Part shown: in pieces, positions 27,648 to 32,000 of the stretch
How positions within the stretch are numbered: position 1 is the stretch's first letter
Layout of the letters: each line of letters opens with the position of its first letter
Origin: Methylocaldum marinum
GTDB taxonomy: Bacteria > Pseudomonadota > Gammaproteobacteria > Methylococcales > Methylococcaceae
Length of the DNA stretch: 32,000 nucleotides
NCBI RefSeq assembly: GCF_003584645.1
Contig: NZ_AP017928.1
Span: forward strand, 4,446,833-4,478,832
Direction of reading: 5' to 3'
The notes under the pieces: generated by a model
The model's database searches: none
What the model was told of the DNA's origin: nothing
Seen by the model: only the letters and a program-made list of their open reading frames with translations
Program-made: the position numbers and the translations under genes

Positions 27648-28448
27648 TTAGGGCTGGATCAGCAAGCCCCGGGGCAGGGTAGGGTGTTCCGCCGTGACTT
27701 CGAGCCCCCGGCGCAGGCCGAGATTGGCCAGGGCGACGGCATAATCGCAGATGAATTCCTCGTCGGTGTCCTTCAATTCGCCTTGCGCATCGCCCTGATA
27801 AAAGTTCAACTGCATCATCAAACCTTCGTTGAAGCGGGCTTCGTTCGTGTCCGCAATGCCGGATAGAGCCGTGCTCAAGGTGAAGTAGTTCTTGCGATAA
27901 TCGTTGCGCTTGGATGGCTTGGCCGCATAGGCATCGAACTGAGCGGCCAACAACTCTTGGGCACTCCGCAGGTCGTCGAGCAAGACGCCTTTCAGCGCAT
28001 GGGCATATCGGTTGACTTCGACAACTTTTTTTACTCCGTCCGGGCGGTCCCGAAACCAACCGGCCAGTTCGGCGGCCAGGCTGAAGTCGGCGGCCATGAG
28101 TGCGTGATTGAAGCCTCGAATGGCGATGGTTTCGGCGACGCAACTCAAATCGGCGGCACTGCCTTGATAATTGGGGTCCGTTTCGTCGTAGGCCATGCGG
28201 AAGCTTTTCAGGATGTGGCGGGCGGCATTGGCGAACTCGGCCCGGACCTCGGCGATCGGGTCGCCGTTCAGGAACTTGGCGCGGGCGAGGGAAGCGTGAT
28301 CTCCCGCAACCGCCGTGTGAACGCATTGCAAGGACACACCATGTTTTTCATGAAACCCTTCCCTGTTCAACCGCCAGGTCCGTTCAATTTGGTAGCGGGC
28401 ATTGTTCAGCCAATGATCGATCTGCTGCTGTTCCGGTGTGTTGCTCAT
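27648..28448 (-). CDS. Putative immunity protein, unit 6 (266 aa; b-3-3)
   Basis: N-terminal segment matches unit 4. Middle and C-terminal segments are a third type (..GSAADLSCVAETIAIRGFNHALMAADFSLAAELAGWFRDRPDGVKKVVEV.. and ..LMMQLNFYQGDAQGELKDTDEEF..). Confidence 0.75.
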   Translation of the reverse strand: MSNTPEQQQIDHWLNNARYQIERTWRLNREGFHEKHGVSLQCVHTAVAGDHASLARAKFLNGDPIAEVRAEFANAARHILKSFRMAYDETDPNYQGSAADLSCVAETIAIRGFNHALMAADFSLAAELAGWFRDRPDGVKKVVEVNRYAHALKGVLLDDLRSAQELLAAQFDAYAAKPSKRNDYRKNYFTLSTALSGIADTNEARFNEGLMMQLNFYQGDAQGELKDTDEEFICDYAVALANLGLRRGLEVTAEHPTLPRGLLIQP

Positions 28449-28840
28449 TTGAACGCCTCTCCGATTACCTGTTTCAGTTCGTTGAAGTTTTCCAGCTCGA
28501 ATTCGTCCAGGGTTTGGGTGATATTGCCTCTGTGGTCGCGTTCGAACACGCGCACCCGGCCGGTGTCGGTATTGGTGTGAACGGAGATGTGCTGTTTGTC
28601 GCCGCCCAATTCGTCAATCTCGCCCCACAGATCGATCTCCTCCGCCGTGTACGGTCCGCCCTGGCGGTCGGAAGGGAGGCCGGCCTTCCGGGCCTTGTCG
28701 CGGGTCATCAACTGGGCTCGGACGAGGTTCTTGTCACGCGAGCCCTGCCGGTTCCTGTTGATATCCAGCGCCACCGACGTGCTGTCCTGGTTGTTGCCCT
28801 TGGCCTCCCACTCGGCCAGCCGGCCGTCCTTCTTCGTCAT
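28445..28840 (-). CDS. Orphan toxin C-terminal domain cassette, unit 6 (131 aa, variant C)
   Basis: Protein identical to the unit 4 and unit 5 cassettes. Confidence 0.7.
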   Translation of the reverse strand: MTKKDGRLAEWEAKGNNQDSTSVALDINRNRQGSRDKNLVRAQLMTRDKARKAGLPSDRQGGPYTAEEIDLWGEIDELGGDKQHISVHTNTDTGRVRVFERDHRGNITQTLDEFELENFNELKQVIGEAFK

Positions 28841-29136
28841 GTCGTCCGGGCCGTGGTAGCCCGTAGGGTGCGGTGAGGCGCGAACCGCACCGATGGCGCC
28901 GGCGAACGGTGCCTGTCCTGAGCGGTGAATGATGCGGTTCCTTCGTCACCGCATCCTACGAGGTCTCGATTCGAACTGAAGACGACCGGCAGAGAATAGA
29001 CGAAGGAACCCGTCTTATTCATCCGGCCCTTAAATACCCTATTGATTCCGTTCGGGCCGAGCTTGTCGAAGCCCCAAGCCGAGTGCCTTTCGACAAGCTC
29101 AGGGCGAACGTTATTTTGGACCGGGTCAATAATGCT
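28841..29136. repeat. Inter-cassette spacer (handle, REP, CRISPR-like remnant, hairpin)
   Basis: REP at 28863-28959. aggtctcgattcgaac at 28961. Confidence 0.8.
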
Positions 29137-29937
29137 TTAGGGCTGGATCAGCAAGCCCCGGGGCAGGGTAGGGTGTTCCGCCGTGACTTCGAGCCCCCGG
29201 CGCAGGCCGAGATTGGCCAGGGCGACGGCATAATCGCAGATGAATTCCTCGTCGGTGTCCTTCAATTCGCCTTGCGCATCGCCCTGATAAAAGTTCAACT
29301 GCATCATCAAACCTTCGTTGAAGCGGGCTTCGTTCGTGTCCGCAATGCCGGATAGAGCCGTGCTCAAGGTGAAGTAGTTCTTGCGATAATCGTTGCGCTT
29401 GGATGGCTTGGCCGCATAGGCATCGAACTGAGCGGCCAACAACTCTTGGGCACTCCGCAGGTCGTCGAGCAAGACGCCTTTCAGCGCATGGGCATATCGG
29501 TTGACTTCGACAACTTTTTTTACTCCGTCCGGGCGGTCCCGAAACCAACCGGCCAGTTCGGCGGCCAGGCTGAAGTCGGCGGCCATGAGTGCGTGATTGA
29601 AGCCTCGAATGGCGATGGTTTCGGCGACGCAACTCAAATCGGCGGCACTGCCTTGATAATCGGGGTCCGTTTCGTCGTAGGCCATGCGGAAGCTTTTCAG
29701 GATGTGGCGGGCGGCATTGGCGAACTCGGCCCGGACCTCGGCGATCGGGTCGCCGTTCAGGAACTTGGCGCGGGCGAGGGCGGCATGCCAGCCTGCCAGT
29801 CCAGTAAAATGAATTTGAAGTGAAATGTTCTTTTTTTCATAGAACCCTTCTGCGTAAAGTTGGTGCTTACGGGCAATCCGTGTTGTTGCCGTATTAAGCC
29901 AATGATCGATCTGCTGCTGTTCCGGTGTGTTGCTCAT
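29137..29937 (-). CDS. Putative cognate immunity protein of the full-length toxin, unit 7 (266 aa; d-3-3)
   Basis: Directly downstream of the 428-aa gene with an ATGA overlap. Unique AT-richer N-terminal segment NTATTRIARKHQLYAEGFYEKKNISLQIHFTGLAGWHAALA. The rest matches unit 6. Confidence 0.78.
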   Translation of the reverse strand: MSNTPEQQQIDHWLNTATTRIARKHQLYAEGFYEKKNISLQIHFTGLAGWHAALARAKFLNGDPIAEVRAEFANAARHILKSFRMAYDETDPDYQGSAADLSCVAETIAIRGFNHALMAADFSLAAELAGWFRDRPDGVKKVVEVNRYAHALKGVLLDDLRSAQELLAAQFDAYAAKPSKRNDYRKNYFTLSTALSGIADTNEARFNEGLMMQLNFYQGDAQGELKDTDEEFICDYAVALANLGLRRGLEVTAEHPTLPRGLLIQP

Positions 29938-31220
29938 TTGAACGCCTCTCCGATTACCTGTTTCAGTTCGTTGAAGTTTTCCAGCTCGAATTCGTCCAGG
30001 GTTTGGGCGATGTTGCCGTCCGCATCGCGTTCGAACACGCGCACCCGGCCGGTGTTGGTGTTGGTGTGGACGGAGATGTGCTGTTTGTCGCCGCCCAATT
30101 CGTCAATCTCGCCCCACAAATCGATCTCCTCCGCCGTGTACGGTCCGCCCTGGCGATTGGAGGGGAGTCCCACTTTGCCTTGTTGTTCCTTTCCTAGCAG
30201 GGTCCGAGCGCGTAATTGATTCTTATCTCTAGACCCTTGCAAATTGCCGTGCTTATCCATTGCCACCGACGTGCTGTCCTGGTTGTTGCCCTTGGCCTCC
30301 CACTCGGCCAGCCGGCCGTCCTTCTTCGTCATGTCGTCCGGGCCGTGGTAGCGGTCCACGTAGCGCGGGTCGGAGCGGTGTCCCAGCCGGCGCTTGGCTT
30401 GCTCCAGCCCGGCCTTGCCCAGCGCCTCGGGCGCCGAGCGGGTGTTGTGGGTCAGGATCTGCTTGAGATCGGCCGCGAATTCGTCCGGGTGGCGCACCAC
30501 CGAGCGGAACCGGGTGGCCAGGGCCATGGCGGCGGACAGCATCGCGCCCGCGCCGGCCGAGTCGCGGACCACGCGCGCCCCGTCGGCCTCGCCGTCGCCG
30601 ACCGGGGGCAGCAGGTCCCGCCCGTCCGTCTCGTAGCGCTGCCGGACCGCGCCGGGACCAAGGGTTTCGCCGGTGGCCCGGTCCCTGAACGCCACGATGT
30701 TCCGCTCCGCCAGCCATTCGGCATTCATCGCCGCGTTGGCCTTGGCGAAGCGATTGCCCAGTTCCTTCGCCCCGCCCACCGCCTTGTCCCACCACGACCC
30801 CGGGGCCGAGCCCCGGCGCGTGGGCGTTTCGTTCAAGCGGCGGAGGATGTCTTCCAGGCGCCGGCGGAGGATCGGAAGCTCCGTCATAGAAAGGTTGCTC
30901 ACCCAGCGGCCTCGATCCGCGGATTCGCCGTCCGCTTGCCAGCGGACCACCGGCGCAAAGGGCCGCTTACCGGATTCATGGACCAGGAAAACTTCCCCGT
31001 AGTCGATCTCGTCCAGCAACAGGTCGAGAGTTGCCGGATCCCAGTGCGGCGGGGGATCGAGATCGTCGAACAGGTCGGCCAGCACGTCGTCGAGGTCCCA
31101 GATGCGGTCCGGCTCGTCGTCATCGAGGAACGCCCATTCGATGTCCGAACGGGCAAAGAAGGGATGCTCGATGTTCGGCAGGTCCGACCATTCGAGGTCC
31201 TCGGGGCGTTTCAGTCTCAT
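29934..31220 (-). CDS. Full-length polymorphic-toxin-like protein (428 aa): unique acidic N-terminal ~296 aa plus variable ~132-aa C-terminal domain (variant D)
   Basis: GAGAGGGA RBS lies 8-10 nt upstream of ATG 31220. The C-terminal part from ..YHGPDDMTKKDGRLAEWEAKGNN is homologous to the six 131-aa cassettes. No signal peptide or recognisable trafficking domain by eye. Confidence 0.85.
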   Translation of the reverse strand: MRLKRPEDLEWSDLPNIEHPFFARSDIEWAFLDDDEPDRIWDLDDVLADLFDDLDPPPHWDPATLDLLLDEIDYGEVFLVHESGKRPFAPVVRWQADGESADRGRWVSNLSMTELPILRRRLEDILRRLNETPTRRGSAPGSWWDKAVGGAKELGNRFAKANAAMNAEWLAERNIVAFRDRATGETLGPGAVRQRYETDGRDLLPPVGDGEADGARVVRDSAGAGAMLSAAMALATRFRSVVRHPDEFAADLKQILTHNTRSAPEALGKAGLEQAKRRLGHRSDPRYVDRYHGPDDMTKKDGRLAEWEAKGNNQDSTSVAMDKHGNLQGSRDKNQLRARTLLGKEQQGKVGLPSNRQGGPYTAEEIDLWGEIDELGGDKQHISVHTNTNTGRVRVFERDADGNIAQTLDEFELENFNELKQVIGEAFK

Positions 31221-31260
31221 CGTGATTTTTCCCTCTCAGAATTGACACGCGCAGCGGATG

Positions 31261-31318
31261 ATGCCTCAACGCCGGGCCGGTGAAAACCGCAACAAGGACC
31301 GCCGCGTCATTGAGGCAT
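31261..31318. promoter_or_regulatory. 9-bp perfect inverted repeat (atgcctcaa ... ttgaggcat, 40-nt spacer) 40-100 bp upstream of the full-length toxin gene; candidate operator or RNA structure
   Basis: Inverted-repeat arms at 31261-31269 and 31310-31318. Called on position only, with no promoter hexamers assigned. Confidence 0.25.
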
Positions 31319-31330
31319 GTCATTTCTTTG

Positions 31331-31521
31331 GTTGGGTGAGGCGCGACGACCCGGCGCGTGATTCGGTGTGCTCGGCAGCGGCGAATGATGCGGGCGGCTT
31401 TGCTCACCACAGCCTACGGCCCGTAGGGTGCGGTGAGGCACGAACCGCACCGATGGCGTTCTCGAACGATGTCTGTCCCGCGCCCGTAGAAGGGCGGTTT
31501 CCTTCGTTCGTCGCAATCTAC
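31331..31521. repeat. Two adjacent REP elements of the gtagggtgcggtgagg family
   Basis: gggtgaggcgcga...ttgctcaccacagcctac at about 31331-31416. gtagggtgcggtgaggcacgaaccgcaccg...cgtcgcaatctac at 31423-31521. Confidence 0.75.
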
Positions 31522-31564
31522 GGTTTTTCCCCTCGGTGTTTGACGAAATGCCAGGTTTTTTCCC

Positions 31565-31944
31565 GATTGGGTCCCTTCTTTATCAGGTCTCGATTCAAAC
31601 ATCAATGAAGTTGCCCCAGACGAAAAGATGTCGAAGTCTTAATCCCTTCTTTATCAGGTGTCGATTCAAACAGATGAATCCCGCAGAACTTGCGGCTTAT
31701 CTGAAGTCTTAATCCCTTCTTTATCAGGTCTCGATTCAAACGTTCAAGGGCGCGAAGACGACCGTGGCATGCCTCCGCGTCTTAATCCCTTCTTTATCAG
31801 GTCTCGATTCAAACCAAGGAGCAGCTGGCGACAACGCAGGGGAAGCGGCGTCTTAATCCCTTCTTTATCAGGTCTCGATTCAAACACCACAGTTGGCGGG
31901 ATGTCGATGCCGCGCTTCGCGTCTTAACAGGCTGTTGAAATTCG
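31565..31944. CRISPR. CRISPR array: 36-bp repeat GTCTTAATCCCTTCTTTATCAGGTCTCGATTCAAAC with five spacers of 34-37 bp; both terminal repeats degenerate
   Basis: Repeats at 31565 (5 mismatches), 31636 (1 mismatch), 31706, 31779 and 31850, plus a truncated repeat at 31921 (gtcttaa then cagg..). Unique spacers at 31601-31635, 31672-31705, 31742-31778, 31815-31849 and 31886-31920. No cas genes in the window and orientation is unresolved. Confidence 0.9.
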
Positions 31945-32000
31945 CCTCCATGCCTTCGGCTTTACCCCTTATCGGCGGCTTAATTTTTAGTGCTGAAGGT

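Larger units (their letters stand above)
19967..30352 (-). repeat. Tandem array of seven 1486-1489 bp units (immunity-like gene, toxin-tip ORF, structured spacer); the last unit merges into the full-length 428-aa gene
   Basis: The stop codons of the 265/266-aa ORFs recur at 20212, 21698, 23184, 24673, 26162, 27648 and 29137. Long stretches are identical at DNA level between units. Confidence 0.95.

Noticed and set aside
20212-30332. Diversity-generating retroelement (template/variable repeat mutagenesis) as the source of variation.
   Set aside because: The differences are block substitutions and indels shared between units, not adenine-specific point changes. There is no reverse transcriptase in the window.
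19967-31220. Integron gene-cassette array as an explanation for the 1.49-kb units.
   Set aside because: There is no intI in the window. The units are paralogous rather than unrelated cassettes. The inter-unit elements do not show attC organisation (RYYYAAC ... GTTRRRY in that order). The GTTAGGC/CCGTAAC pair in the REP at 9655-9715 is in the wrong order.
30216-31283. 355-aa plus-strand ORF opposite the 428-aa toxin-like gene.
   Set aside because: The minus-strand frame has an RBS and its C-terminus is homologous to six other ORFs. The plus-strand product is Arg/Pro/Gly-rich low-complexity sequence.

Overview
This is a GC-rich proteobacterial chromosomal window; the species cannot be identified by eye. 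It has four parts.

(1) 119-9557: a plus-strand locus that looks like organosulfonate or sulfur metabolism. It encodes a NitT/TauT-type ABC importer (binding protein, permease, ATPase), a GntR/HutC regulator, an APS-reductase-like flavoprotein (AprA-like) with a short AprB-like ferredoxin, a HEAT-repeat protein, a 7Fe ferredoxin (FdxA type), a DUF971 protein and a YeiH-family putative sulfate exporter. A four-unit tandem double-hairpin repeat sits between the ABC genes and the regulator.

(2) 9650-19836: a REP cluster and a visibly AT-richer segment with an OprD-like porin. Next comes a 1306-aa fused GltD/NfnB-like plus PyrK/NfnA-like iron-sulfur flavoprotein that carries an in-frame palindromic element. 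After that are a class-III aminotransferase and a phospholipid gene group (membrane protein, psd, PEMT-like methyltransferase).

(3) 19967-31220, minus strand: the standout feature. A 428-aa gene ends in a ~132-aa domain and is followed by a 266-aa gene joined by an ATGA overlap. Six further copies of 131-aa domain-only ORF plus 265/266-aa partner follow in a 1486-1489 bp tandem array. I read this as a polymorphic toxin/immunity expression locus with orphan cassettes. The protein variants are combinatorial mosaics. Every inter-cassette spacer carries a REP element, what looks like a decayed CRISPR repeat-spacer-repeat remnant, and a 12-bp-stem hairpin.

(4) 31565-31944: a genuine CRISPR array with 36-bp repeats and five spacers. 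No cas genes are in the window.

No transposase, integrase, tRNA or rRNA was seen. The many long ORFs antisense to the called genes are treated as high-GC shadow ORFs.
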